Below, piece after piece: positions 30,651-39,388 of a stretch of 64,000 nucleotides of DNA; the stretch's first letter is position 1, and the number at the start of each line of letters is the position of its first letter. The translations under genes and the position numbers were made by a program. Source of the DNA: a virus. The DNA lies in IMG/VR virus record IMGVR_UViG_3300021368_000004, positions 22,747 to 86,746 of that record, one strand, 5' to 3'. The notes beneath the pieces are model-generated. The model was not told where the DNA came from. It saw nothing but the letters and a program-made list of their open reading frames with translations, and did not search any database.

Positions 30651-30913
30651 TAGTCCCAATCGTTATCGTAACGAGTGGTTTCGTACATGGTTTCACCATA
30701 GTACTCTTTTGCATAACTAGATGCATCTGTGTATTGATAGATGTTAGTCTCTTTAGGCAAAGGCATGTCTTTCAGATTCTTAGACTTTTTAATCTGAGGT
30801 TTAAGAGCACGTGTTTTACGCTTGATAGCGTCCATTCTCTTTTTACGATTAAGATGATCAGCTGCTTTTTTGATAAGAGCCATACGTTCGTCATAAGTAG
30901 TTGCTATAGTCAT
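30650..30913 (-). CDS. Hypothetical early protein
   Basis: GGAGG SD; directly behind an early promoter. Confidence 0.65.
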   Translation of the reverse strand: MTIATTYDERMALIKKAADHLNRKKRMDAIKRKTRALKPQIKKSKNLKDMPLPKETNIYQYTDASSYAKEYYGETMYETTRYDNDWD

Positions 30914-30935
30914 GTGACCTCCATAATATAATTTG

Positions 30936-30964
30936 ATCCTACACTATTGGTAGGTATTTGTACA
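30936..30964 (-). promoter_or_regulatory. Early promoter TGTACA-17-TAGGAT, with an adjacent GTGACA-N3-TGTCAC site at 30966-30980
   Basis: Consensus match. Confidence 0.7.
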
Positions 30965-30982
30965 TGTGACAGGATGTCACAC

Positions 30983-31510
30983 CTAATCGTAGCACATCCT
31001 GCCATCATGCATTCTGAATACATCAGTCAACTGATCATCGAGATATTCTAGATCATCTTTGTTGCACTGAAACCTAATGCCGATTCCACCTGCATTTTCC
31101 CATGCAATGATGTTTGAAGGCTTATCATCAATTAAGATGTTAGGTTTACCAGACAATCGACTGATTGCATACTTATGCTTATTAGAAGTAAAGATAAGCT
31201 TCTCAAGATCATCAGGCATAAAACCGTGAATTGTAAGCCACTTACGTTTCCAAAAAGCAGAGTTGTAATGATCATCTCGTAGAGGTGAAGAACAGATTCC
31301 CCAATCTCCATCTGAATGTTCTTTTACAATCTCAACGATATCGGCAGCTTCAGCAAAAGCAGGAATCTGATAAAAGAAATCTGTATTGCGAATCTCATTC
31401 AAGCATCGCTCGATATTCTTTATATCTTTCCAGTGATCAGCACCGAAATCATCTTCTAGTTTTCCAAAGAAGTCAGCAATGACTCCATCCATATCTAAAT
31501 ATACTGTCAT
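30983..31510 (-). CDS. 5'(3')-deoxyribonucleotidase (HAD, NT5C family)
   Basis: YLDMDGVIADF, K..W, ILIDD...N...W..AGG.GI. Confidence 0.85.
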   Translation of the reverse strand: MTVYLDMDGVIADFFGKLEDDFGADHWKDIKNIERCLNEIRNTDFFYQIPAFAEAADIVEIVKEHSDGDWGICSSPLRDDHYNSAFWKRKWLTIHGFMPDDLEKLIFTSNKHKYAISRLSGKPNILIDDKPSNIIAWENAGGIGIRFQCNKDDLEYLDDQLTDVFRMHDGRMCYD

Positions 31511-31749
31511 TACACACCAAACCTATCTGCTATTTCATCTAGCGCTTCTTGTCCGCCTGATGATAGCCTATCCCAATCGAAATATAAATCTTCGATTAAT
31601 TTTTTCACAAGAGTAGCACTCCATCCTTCAACAGTCAAAGCCTTTATATCAGCTATGTAGTCTAGAGTTGCTTTTCCACTAGATGACATTCGATAATAAT
31701 CGAAATATAAGTCATCAATTAATTCTTTATTTTTTTCAGAAACACCCAT
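31510..31749 (-). CDS. Hypothetical protein with tandem internal duplication
   Basis: LIDDLYFDYYRMSSSGKATLD / LIEDLYFDWDRLSSGGQEALD. Confidence 0.65.
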   Translation of the reverse strand: MGVSEKNKELIDDLYFDYYRMSSSGKATLDYIADIKALTVEGWSATLVKKLIEDLYFDWDRLSSGGQEALDEIADRFGV

Positions 31750-32147
31750 TAAGCAGCCTCCTCTTCCATCGCTTTTGCAATGATCATGTTTGAGCGATAA
31801 TGAATACCGAACTGCTCAACCGCTGCTAACTTAATAATCCTACGAAACTCAGGAGCTATTGTGTCTTCACAATATTCCCAGTTGATTTTTGCATCAAAAG
31901 CAAGTTGACTACGAACAGTAGGAACAGGTACCTCAGCATAGTTCATGCCAAAGATAGAAGCAAATTCTTTACGACGATTTGCTAAACCATTGTTGAAGCA
32001 GTCATACACAGCATTCTGAGCTTTACGAAATCTCTCAAGATACTTGTTAGCTGAACGAGGTGATTCTACTGAACCTTCAAGAGGAATTAATTCATTCAAC
32101 TTGTCAATTACTGTCTCTAGATCGCCAAGACTTTTTTGCATAAACAT
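31749..32147 (-). CDS. Hypothetical early protein
   Basis: AAGGAG SD; LERFRKAQNAVYDCFNNGLAN. Confidence 0.65.
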   Translation of the reverse strand: MFMQKSLGDLETVIDKLNELIPLEGSVESPRSANKYLERFRKAQNAVYDCFNNGLANRRKEFASIFGMNYAEVPVPTVRSQLAFDAKINWEYCEDTIAPEFRRIIKLAAVEQFGIHYRSNMIIAKAMEEEAA

Positions 32148-32173
32148 AATAATCTCCTTCATGTTATATTAAT

Positions 32174-32202
32174 AATCTAACATGTTTCATATCAAATGTA
32201 CA
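32174..32202 (-). promoter_or_regulatory. Early promoter TGTACA-17-TAGATT
   Basis: Consensus match. Confidence 0.7.
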
Positions 32203-32203
32203 T

Positions 32204-32232
32204 AAAAAAATGCGCATAAAGCGCACTTTTTT
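32204..32232 (-). terminator. Rho-independent terminator ending the secreted-protein operon
   Basis: TGCGC-TTTAT-GCGCA followed by T7 on the - strand. Confidence 0.55.
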
Positions 32233-32249
32233 CATTTTATTTAGTTATT

Positions 32250-32265
32250 GTGACATTTATGTCAC
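32250..32265. promoter_or_regulatory. Perfect GTGACA-N4-TGTCAC palindrome
   Basis: GTGACAtttaTGTCAC, 48 nt upstream of a -35 box. Confidence 0.6.
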
Positions 32266-32266
32266 A

Positions 32267-32929
32267 CTATTGTGATAATGGATTATCTAATGCTTCTTGT
32301 AGTCTTTCGAATATTTCTTTATCTAATGCCTTCATATCAGTTCGTATATCTTTATCTAATAGCCTTGCACTAGCTTCTATTTCACGTATAGATGCGGTAA
32401 CATCTTTCTGTTGTTCATTCATATCATTTCGTATAGATTCTAATGTATTACCTATACTAGCTTGTGTAGCTTTAATTCGTGCTTCTGATTCCTCAAGGTT
32501 GGTACTGATCTTATCTCTCAGATCTGCCATCGTGTCTTGATTATCTTTCAGAGTAATTCTAAATCTCTCTTCAAATGTATCAAGCTTTGTATATACGTCA
32601 TTACGTAGTTTACGTACAGTTGCTTCTGCTCTTTGTACTTGTTCTTCTAAAAGGACTATTTGTCCTTCTAGTCGTGAAACATCATTGGCTAAGTCTTGTC
32701 TGATCTCTGTCGTATATGCTATAGCATCGTTTAGTTTTTGTAATTGTAAATCATTAGCGGCCGCTATCTCATCTACATCGACATTCTGAACAATCTCTCT
32801 CATGTCCATATAGTCTTTGTAGAATTCGAATCCTCCCCATGCAGCACCACCTAATGTAGATAATGCAGTAAGAATCACCATCATCTTACCGCCTCTAAAA
32901 GTCATGCCTCCGAATTCCATCTCAGCCAT
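32267..32929 (-). CDS. Membrane-anchored coiled-coil protein
   Basis: N-terminal TM helix followed by long heptad repeats. Confidence 0.7.
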   Translation of the reverse strand: MAEMEFGGMTFRGGKMMVILTALSTLGGAAWGGFEFYKDYMDMREIVQNVDVDEIAAANDLQLQKLNDAIAYTTEIRQDLANDVSRLEGQIVLLEEQVQRAEATVRKLRNDVYTKLDTFEERFRITLKDNQDTMADLRDKISTNLEESEARIKATQASIGNTLESIRNDMNEQQKDVTASIREIEASARLLDKDIRTDMKALDKEIFERLQEALDNPLSQ

Positions 32930-33110
32930 TGATCAGTCCTTGTAGTTGTGGACCAAAACTACCAACAGCCCATAGCATGATAACTAAAGCGATTACTCCG
33001 ATTAATACCCATTTCATCTTGAAATCATCTACTGTCATTTTAAATGCAAACAATTCGTTACCTAACACACGAATTGCCATTTCTAATTTGCCTTCTGGTT
33101 CATCTGCCAT
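32922..33110 (-). CDS. Small membrane protein
   Basis: LE..IRVLGNEL motif plus C-terminal TM. Confidence 0.6.
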   Translation of the reverse strand: MADEPEGKLEMAIRVLGNELFAFKMTVDDFKMKWVLIGVIALVIMLWAVGSFGPQLQGLING

Positions 33111-33112
33111 AT

Positions 33113-33514
33113 CTATTCCTCAAATTGTAATTCTTTGAGAGATTGAATTTCTTTTCTTAGTTGTTCCAACTCTAAAGATTTCTTTTGCAATTCTAATTCA
33201 TATAATCTATTACAGTCAATTCTTTTCTTTGGTTTAGATCCGAGTGGTATTACTATCCGACTATAAACACCGATACTGCCAACATCTTTCTCATTTATCC
33301 AATTGTTCATCGAATCATATCTACCACCATCTATGAGTCCGGTTACACCAAACTCTAATGTGGTTGCAGAACCGATTGCATTCGAACAATCCATTTGACC
33401 TGATTTAAATTTATCTGATTGATAACTACCAGGTGCACTTGGTAATTGTAGGTTTAGAGATTCTGCATAAGCAGAACCAGCCATCATACAAATAACCAAA
33501 ATAATATATCGCAT
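33113..33514 (-). CDS. Secreted protein with Cys-bracketed beta-hairpin and C-terminal coiled coil
   Basis: Signal peptide (AYA|E), two Cys, LEFGVTG / GVYSRIVIPL strands. Confidence 0.65.
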   Translation of the reverse strand: MRYIILVICMMAGSAYAESLNLQLPSAPGSYQSDKFKSGQMDCSNAIGSATTLEFGVTGLIDGGRYDSMNNWINEKDVGSIGVYSRIVIPLGSKPKKRIDCNRLYELELQKKSLELEQLRKEIQSLKELQFEE

Positions 33515-33521
33515 TATAATC

Positions 33522-33893
33522 TCACTTAACTCTGGAGCAAATCCTCGATCTAACTCCCGTACCTGTCACTTCAGATTTTAAATGCTTTGATGTAGTGCAA
33601 ATAAACTCTATTCGTTCAAGGTCTTGTTTTCTGATATTGACGTCAAAATCTGCATGTTCTAGATGCTCTAGTTTCATTATCTTATTTTTCGAATGAAATG
33701 GTATTTTATTCCATTCCTCATCATGTACAGATACTTCATAATATTTTACATCCTCACGTCTGTTCCACATATGTAACTTAGCAAAGTATACACCATCAAC
33801 AATATGTGGTTTAAACTCAGGATATGTCGGCGTCAGTTCATGGGCTGCAGCGCTACTCGTAAATAACACCGCAGCCATTAATAATTTCCACAT
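33522..33893 (-). CDS. Secreted Ig-like protein (PapD chaperone N-domain-like)
   Basis: Signal peptide (AAA|HELTPTY), L..WN...YYEVSV pattern. Confidence 0.45.
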   Translation of the reverse strand: MWKLLMAAVLFTSSAAAHELTPTYPEFKPHIVDGVYFAKLHMWNRREDVKYYEVSVHDEEWNKIPFHSKNKIMKLEHLEHADFDVNIRKQDLERIEFICTTSKHLKSEVTGTGVRSRICSRVK

Positions 33894-33917
33894 CGCGTGT
33901 CTCCCTTTTAGAGGGTA

Positions 33918-34412
33918 TTAGTCGGCAACACACGTAGCTGTAACCATAGCTTTGTACTCGCCACCTGGAAATGGTTTACCTTCACCATATGTGACTTCTG
34001 ATTCAATTTTAAACCATGCACTTCCGGCTTGTGATAGTGCAAATTCTGTCCACTCGTTGTATTCAGTTTTTGCATCTTCATAACCTGACATAGCTGTAAC
34101 TGTACCAGATGAATATGTTGTTTCACCATCCCAATTCACAGCATCAGTTAAATTAGGTGATGTTGTAAACTCAGTTGGCCAACCAATCTTAGCGGTATAA
34201 GCATCTGCAAGAGTCACGTCGTAACGTACCATCGCGTCAATACCACCATCTGCAGCTTTAGTACTCAACTCATCGGCTGTTGGGTTACCATATACACCTG
34301 CAGTAGATGTGTAAACGGAACACTTAGACGATACGGTACCAGATATCTCAGTCGCCCAAGCACCAGTAGTCGCAAGTCCAATTGCTCCAAGGGTTAAAAT
34401 AGTTCTGAACAT
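33918..34412 (-). CDS. Secreted fimbrial/pilin-like subunit
   Basis: Signal peptide; N-terminal ISGTVSSKC and C-terminal GGEYKAMVTATC resemble chaperone-usher/Csu pilins. Confidence 0.5.
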   Translation of the reverse strand: MFRTILTLGAIGLATTGAWATEISGTVSSKCSVYTSTAGVYGNPTADELSTKAADGGIDAMVRYDVTLADAYTAKIGWPTEFTTSPNLTDAVNWDGETTYSSGTVTAMSGYEDAKTEYNEWTEFALSQAGSAWFKIESEVTYGEGKPFPGGEYKAMVTATCVAD

Positions 34413-34423
34413 TTGTTTCTCCA

Positions 34424-35329
34424 TTATCGTTCATACTGTGAGCGAACCATAGTTCTGTGATTAGCATCAGATGCTAAATTTCTCAACGCTCGTCTATTAT
34501 CTGGATAATCTGTAGTCGGTAACTTAACTGTTTCCTCATACACACCACCCGGCAATGATGTAGCATAATATTGATTGAGTTTCGGCACTTGCGCTAATTC
34601 TGCAAGTATCGAGGCCTGCTCACTTGTATCAACCATGGCTTCCAAACTGTTGTCAGCTCCTAGTTGTTCCTCCAGGCTTTCTTCTTCTCTTTCCTCTTCT
34701 TCAACTTCAAGTTCTTCTTCTTCTTTTGGCTTCTCAGCTTCTTCTGCAAGATTAGCTTGAACCCATTCATCATAAAAAGGATCATCGACTTCAGGTGCTT
34801 CAAGATTAGCAATGTAATCTGATAAAGCAGCTTCATAACCAGGACATATTGGATCTGCAAGAGGTGTTAAATAACACTTTTCCAATGTCTCATCAATGAC
34901 CATTTTATAATTATATATTACAAACGGATCTTCTATAGATCCTTCACCTTCAACTTGTAATGAACCATCTCCCCATCGATTCGCATTTGTATATCCAAAT
35001 CTAAAAAACTTTTGTATCGTGCCACCGTACTGATTACTCCAATCATCTGTATGCTCAAATACTTTTTCACCAGGATTTGCAAGATCTTCATGTGACAAAG
35101 TTACAGTTGCATCGTCCTCTTGTTCTTTCACCATTGTATATCTATAATACAAACCATTAATCTCAACAGTCATAAATGGCTGAGAGAAATCAGGCAATAT
35201 ATTTTTCATAGCCCAAGCAAGTCCATCTCGAGCTGCATTATTAGTTGATGCGTAGGTAGTGTCAGAGTAGCAGTAAGAGTAAGAGGCCACCCACAAAACC
35301 GCCGCCCATGAGAGTCGACTTAGTTTCAT
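34424..35329 (-). CDS. Secreted protein with beta-rich N-domain, C-x(7)-CPGY motif and Glu-rich linker
   Basis: Start moved to MKLSRLSW signal peptide. Confidence 0.6.
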   Translation of the reverse strand: MKLSRLSWAAVLWVASYSYCYSDTTYASTNNAARDGLAWAMKNILPDFSQPFMTVEINGLYYRYTMVKEQEDDATVTLSHEDLANPGEKVFEHTDDWSNQYGGTIQKFFRFGYTNANRWGDGSLQVEGEGSIEDPFVIYNYKMVIDETLEKCYLTPLADPICPGYEAALSDYIANLEAPEVDDPFYDEWVQANLAEEAEKPKEEEELEVEEEEREEESLEEQLGADNSLEAMVDTSEQASILAELAQVPKLNQYYATSLPGGVYEETVKLPTTDYPDNRRALRNLASDANHRTMVRSQYER

Positions 35330-35831
35330 CGTCCATATCCCTAATAATATTCTTCTGTGGTTCTTCAGGCTGACGTTCACTATCTGCCAACCAAGCAGCT
35401 TTTGCTGCATCACCTATCATACCATCATAAGGACAAGGTGTACCTGCATCCATCATCGCATCAAATACGCGAGGATCTTGACACATAACTGAAACCGCTG
35501 CTACTTTCATACCCATATCATATAAGGTCTTTGCGTTCTTCAGTTTCTCACAATTCATATCCCGTACTGTCTTGCCAGCCGAGATACCTAAAATCTGTGT
35601 TTGTACTGCACCAGAAACTCCAACTGTACATAAATCTGAATTTGCTGAATTGATTGATGGTGCAATAGCGGAAGGGGGCGGTGATTTAACCGTTGTAGTA
35701 GATGTGCTTGTACTATCAACTGTAGATGTGTTAATGTTATCAGTTTTGATTACATCTTCGGGGGCTTCTTGGCCTAAAGATGCCGTGGCGATAAAAATCA
35801 TAACCACTAGTAAACCTAGTTGTCTGAGCAT
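35262..35831 (-). CDS. Secreted Cys-rich protein with C-terminal membrane anchor
   Basis: Signal peptide; C.VGVSGAVQTQILGIS.G...NCE.LK...MGMKVAAVSVMCQD...AGTPCP; poly-Leu C-terminus. Confidence 0.7.
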   Translation of the reverse strand: MLRQLGLLVVMIFIATASLGQEAPEDVIKTDNINTSTVDSTSTSTTTVKSPPPSAIAPSINSANSDLCTVGVSGAVQTQILGISAGKTVRDMNCEKLKNAKTLYDMGMKVAAVSVMCQDPRVFDAMMDAGTPCPYDGMIGDAAKAAWLADSERQPEEPQKNIIRDMDDETKSTLMGGGFVGGLLLLLLL

Positions 35832-35861
35832 ATTAAAATCCAAAATAATTTATATATGCTG

Positions 35862-35869
35862 TATTTATA
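35862..35869 (-). promoter_or_regulatory. T4-type late promoter TATAAATA heading the secreted-protein operon
   Basis: Exact match in an intergenic gap. Confidence 0.75.
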
Positions 35870-36103
35870 CTAAAGTTTACTTTCAGCGCCTAGCCATGCA
35901 AAACATTTTGCGTCAATTGGTTCATATTTTAAACCTAATTGAGTTTCTGTTAATAGCTGTGCCATTTGAGCATTGATTGTTGCCCAACATTGTTCTTCTG
36001 TCATAAACTTCATTCTAGAATTTGCAATCTCACATGAAGTAAAACTATGTGGCTGTCCTATAAGGCACCACATTACGGCTGCCGTAAATATTCCAGAGCC
36101 CAT
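35870..36103 (-). CDS. Small Cys-containing hypothetical protein
   Basis: Four Cys, hydrophobic N-terminus. Confidence 0.55.
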   Translation of the reverse strand: MGSGIFTAAVMWCLIGQPHSFTSCEIANSRMKFMTEEQCWATINAQMAQLLTETQLGLKYEPIDAKCFAWLGAESKL

Positions 36104-36104
36104 A

Positions 36105-36371
36105 TTATTTTCCTTTATAAATTTTTTGTAGATGAGTTTCAAACTCTTCTACTTTTGCAAGTCTATTAGGCCACAGAATATATTCTTTCTGTGGATTCTT
36201 CTTAAGGTTATTTAATAATGGTACTATCGCATTATATAAGTCGTCTAATTGCTTTTGATTAGACTTAGCAGTCTCACCAATTGTGGCTGCCTTCTCTTGT
36301 TCTTTTTGTACTGCTTCAAGTTCGTTTTCATCAACTGCTGTGAAACCGAAATCAAATAAATCCTGGCTCAT
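36105..36371 (-). CDS. Conserved hypothetical protein (FDFGFTAVDE...LKKNP.KEYILWPNR)
   Basis: GGAG SD; recognisable phage motif. Confidence 0.7.
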   Translation of the reverse strand: MSQDLFDFGFTAVDENELEAVQKEQEKAATIGETAKSNQKQLDDLYNAIVPLLNNLKKNPQKEYILWPNRLAKVEEFETHLQKIYKGK

Positions 36372-37002
36372 TTCTATCTCCGTAAACAAATGGTGTCATT
36401 ACACCATCTTTAAAATGCGAGTACATATTACCTTCTTCTGTTGGTGGTCCAAAATTAAAACGCTGTGCCAACAATTGTCTTTGTCTTGTTCCCTCTTCCA
36501 CTGACGATGTAGTCCATGTCTTCCAGTCTTTATCGCCATATGGATATACTACTATTGTGGCTTCACCCTCTTCACTCAAACCACCATATGTACTATTCTC
36601 TATATCGTTCCGTGTCTTTTTCATCCATTTATAGAGAGACTTTAATCTTGTTGTGATTGCAATCTCATGAATAGGAGTAGGACATCTAAACTGAAAACCT
36701 AACTCGTAGACCGGTGTGTTATGTTCAAACTTGATATCTTTCATCAGTTCATACATATTTATCTTTAATTCAGGCAGTTTAACGCCTTGTTCTATGTCAT
36801 CTTGAAATGCCGTATAGACATAGCTATCTTTGTTTTTATACGGCGTTATAAATTGAATATAGTCCGCCGAAAAGTTACCTGATACTATTGTATCAAGTTT
36901 TTCGACAGACTCAGGAGAAAATTCTAAGGGCTCTTCCCTATTAATATTTACATCTTTTAAATAATCATAAAAGATACTAGCGTACTTCGGATTCTTTTTC
37001 AC
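36352..37002 (-). CDS. Hypothetical protein
   Basis: 216 aa ORF in operon. Confidence 0.55.
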   Translation of the reverse strand: MKKNPKYASIFYDYLKDVNINREEPLEFSPESVEKLDTIVSGNFSADYIQFITPYKNKDSYVYTAFQDDIEQGVKLPELKINMYELMKDIKFEHNTPVYELGFQFRCPTPIHEIAITTRLKSLYKWMKKTRNDIENSTYGGLSEEGEATIVVYPYGDKDWKTWTTSSVEEGTRQRQLLAQRFNFGPPTEEGNMYSHFKDGVMTPFVYGDRNEPGFI

Positions 37003-37075
37003 GTTCTTTCTTTAGCTTCCATAACATCCATTCGTAGTATCGAATAGGTTCATCATCTTCAGTCGAGTGTGACAT
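36977..37075 (-). CDS. Tiny hypothetical protein, 32 aa (MSHSTEDDEPIRYYEWMLWKLKK...)
   Basis: GAGGGA SD; fills the gap; absent from the ORF track. Confidence 0.4.
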   Translation of the reverse strand: MSHSTEDDEPIRYYEWMLWKLKKEREKESEVR

Positions 37076-37388
37076 ATTCCCTCAAATTAATTAATTGCTC
37101 TCTTAGACTGTTATTTTGAATTTGCAATTTTCGTACTTGTTCTTCAAGTACTGCAATACGTCCACCATCACCAGCTTGAATAGTACCTAATTCTATACGA
37201 ATGTCTTGATCCATTGCAGCTGCTTCGGCAAAGCCTTCTAATGTTGCTGATTCAAGATCGTTCATCTGATATTCTAATGACATGATTTCAGTTTGAGCAT
37301 ATACAAGATCGTCTTGTACAGTTTCAATCTGATCAGCAGTATGACCATTCATTAATGCACCTATAATAAGTGCAATTATAGTTTCCAT
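37059..37388 (-). CDS. Membrane-anchored/secreted coiled-coil protein
   Basis: Hydrophobic N-terminus, heptads. Confidence 0.6.
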   Translation of the reverse strand: METIIALIIGALMNGHTADQIETVQDDLVYAQTEIMSLEYQMNDLESATLEGFAEAAAMDQDIRIELGTIQAGDGGRIAVLEEQVRKLQIQNNSLREQLINLREYVTLD

Positions 37389-37397
37389 TTTTTTCTC

Positions 37398-37877
37398 CTA
37401 CTTTTCAAATCTTAATACATATCGTTTGCCATCAACATAGAATCGAATTGTAGAATGACTATAAACATCTACTAACTGACTACTAACCGAAGTAACATCA
37501 TTACATACTAATTTCTTCTCATAACCAACAATAGTCTGAGTTTGCTTAGGTTGTGCACCCTTATCAGCGCCTACTAAGCCACCCATTATTGCACCAATAG
37601 CTGCACCTTTGTCATCGCCTGTTACAGCTTTGCCACCTGCGGCACCTAATAGCATACCTATCAAAGCTCCGCCTGATGCATTGCCTTGACGAGTTGTTGT
37701 ACCATAAATTGGTACATTCATATTTTCACAGACTCGTTGAGTAGTCGGTGTGTCTACACGCATAGTCTTTGTATGATCATAGACTCTTACGTCTTTTACC
37801 TCAGCAGCAGCGGCCGTCGCAATTCCCATTGCAAGGATCGCCCCACTCGCAGAGGCACTTAGGCTTCTTAGATTCAT
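37398..37877 (-). CDS. Glycine-zipper 2TM protein (YcfJ/17 kDa antigen-like)
   Basis: Signal peptide, GALIGMLLGAAGG...GAAIGAIMGGLVG flanked by Cys. Confidence 0.75.
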   Translation of the reverse strand: MNLRSLSASASGAILAMGIATAAAAEVKDVRVYDHTKTMRVDTPTTQRVCENMNVPIYGTTTRQGNASGGALIGMLLGAAGGKAVTGDDKGAAIGAIMGGLVGADKGAQPKQTQTIVGYEKKLVCNDVTSVSSQLVDVYSHSTIRFYVDGKRYVLRFEK

Positions 37878-37883
37878 GTCTCA

Positions 37884-38006
37884 TTAATCTCCAATCCAAA
37901 TGTTAATAATAGCTAAATTTCCGTCAATACTATTTATTGACCACTCAAAGCCGCTACTTCTCAATAGCGACTTTAATTCTTCTAATCTACTAGCTTCGAC
38001 TATCAT
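37884..38006 (-). CDS. Small hypothetical protein, 40 aa
   Basis: ATGA overlap with the upstream stop; fills the gap; absent from the ORF track. Confidence 0.45.
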   Translation of the reverse strand: MIVEASRLEELKSLLRSSGFEWSINSIDGNLAIINIWIGD

Positions 38007-38257
38007 ATCCGGCCTGCTGTATGCAAGATGGTATTCCACATTTTGCGTGCACCATCGTCGTCAGCAAATCCTTCATCACTAGCAAAATCCATGCTTGAAG
38101 ATCCGTAAACTACATTAGCAATGCCATACTTTTCGATTAGCTCAACGCCATCTACAATTGTATCAGCTCGTCTGCCAATTTCACCTTCAGGTGTACCAAT
38201 AGTAAAACTAATTCCACCTTCACTTGCACTTAAATAATTAATTCCTAAAGTAGCCAT
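38003..38257 (-). CDS. Hypothetical early protein
   Basis: Behind an early promoter; SSSMDFA.D.GF motif. Confidence 0.65.
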   Translation of the reverse strand: MATLGINYLSASEGGISFTIGTPEGEIGRRADTIVDGVELIEKYGIANVVYGSSSMDFASDEGFADDDGARKMWNTILHTAGRI

Positions 38258-38286
38258 ATCTCACTCCATTCATTTTCTATAATACT

Positions 38287-38315
38287 AATATAATACTTTT
38301 CACATGGAATGTACA
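38287..38315 (-). promoter_or_regulatory. Early promoter TGTACA-17-TATATT; palindromic site at 38352-38367
   Basis: Consensus match. Confidence 0.7.
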
Positions 38316-38352
38316 TAGTTATTTCACATTTTTTTAAAAAAAGTTAAATGTG

Positions 38353-38646
38353 TTACTTTTTTGTCACAGCTGTCTGTCTTATATTATCTACTGCATCAGC
38401 TACGCGTGACGGATATTCTCCTAAAAAGGTTCCTGCTTTTAGATCATCTATTTTGATGTGATCCTTGTGGAAATGCTCTATTGTGTCCCAACTTTCAATC
38501 ATCTTCTTTGAAAGACGATCGAATACCCCATCCGACACCAGTGGATCATCTTCCACGTAATACGCGTAAGATGTCATAAGATACCACGGAACCATCATGT
38601 TCGGATTCCGGTCTGTCACTTCTAGCATTATTTTCTCTATCATCAT
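38353..38646 (-). CDS. Stand-alone NAD-dependent DNA ligase domain Ia-like protein
   Basis: SYAYYVEDDPLVSDGVFDRL matches LigA YY..D.P..SD..YD.L. Confidence 0.6.
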   Translation of the reverse strand: MMIEKIMLEVTDRNPNMMVPWYLMTSYAYYVEDDPLVSDGVFDRLSKKMIESWDTIEHFHKDHIKIDDLKAGTFLGEYPSRVADAVDNIRQTAVTKK

Positions 38647-38749
38647 TCGATCTTTTTCTTGTTGTCGTGGGGAGGTTGTGGACATTGCTTGACCAATCAT
38701 CACACGGATCATCACCTGCATGAGCTTGACGCTCATCAGATAATACCAT
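38546..38749 (-). CDS. Small hypothetical protein
   Basis: AAAGGA SD; late promoter at 38781-38788. Confidence 0.4.
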   Translation of the reverse strand: MVLSDERQAHAGDDPCDDWSSNVHNLPTTTRKRSNDDRENNARSDRPESEHDGSVVSYDILRVLRGR

Positions 38750-38780
38750 ATGTCTGTCCTTTAATTGTTATCTCATATAA

Positions 38781-38788
38781 TATTTATA
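38781..38788 (-). promoter_or_regulatory. T4-type late promoter TATAAATA
   Basis: Exact match, intergenic. Confidence 0.65.
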
Positions 38789-39388
38789 TTAATAGACCTT
38801 TATGTCGACATTTTTTCCTTTATTAAATTTTAAATTGTCGTGTTTGTCCATGTGTAATACTATCTGCACATCTGAAAATTCTTCAAACATTTTTTCCCAG
38901 ATTTTACGCCAATTATTTGTGAGACGAGTATTGTTATTATCGCCTCGGTCTGATTGTAAATAAAAGTCTGTGGCTGAAGATAAATCAAAGTTAAACATAG
39001 AATCGAATCCATATAGATGTGCAGTTTTAGGTTTAAACTTTGTAATGCCATAATGAGTTGCTACGTGTCCACAATTAAAATCTGTATATCCGGCAACATA
39101 CTTAGGTAGGTGTGTATAAAATTCTCTAATAATAGGTGCTTTTTTCATATAGAATGATTGGTGCTTTTGCATATATTGCTTTGGTCTCCAACCTAATACC
39201 CATGGCTGAGGCGGAATTACACCATCTTTATTGATTGCATTCATCATTTTAAAATCAACCATAACAGTTGCATATGCATCAGGTATTGGAAGATGTGGAA
39301 TATTACAAGTTAATTTTCTACCAGGCGAACCTTGCTTATAAAGTGTAGCTGATGGTCCATTACCAATCACATGAAGTATATCATTCAT
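38789..39388 (-). CDS. Sialyltransferase/MAF-like (GT42-type fold) glycosyltransferase-like protein
   Basis: VIGNGPS, ...CN, LYGFD motifs. Confidence 0.55.
   Translation of the reverse strand: MNDILHVIGNGPSATLYKQGSPGRKLTCNIPHLPIPDAYATVMVDFKMMNAINKDGVIPPQPWVLGWRPKQYMQKHQSFYMKKAPIIREFYTHLPKYVAGYTDFNCGHVATHYGITKFKPKTAHLYGFDSMFNFDLSSATDFYLQSDRGDNNNTRLTNNWRKIWEKMFEEFSDVQIVLHMDKHDNLKFNKGKNVDIKVY

Noticed and set aside
34670-34745. TTC/CTT-rich simple repeat
   Set aside because: It only encodes the Glu-rich linker of the secreted protein
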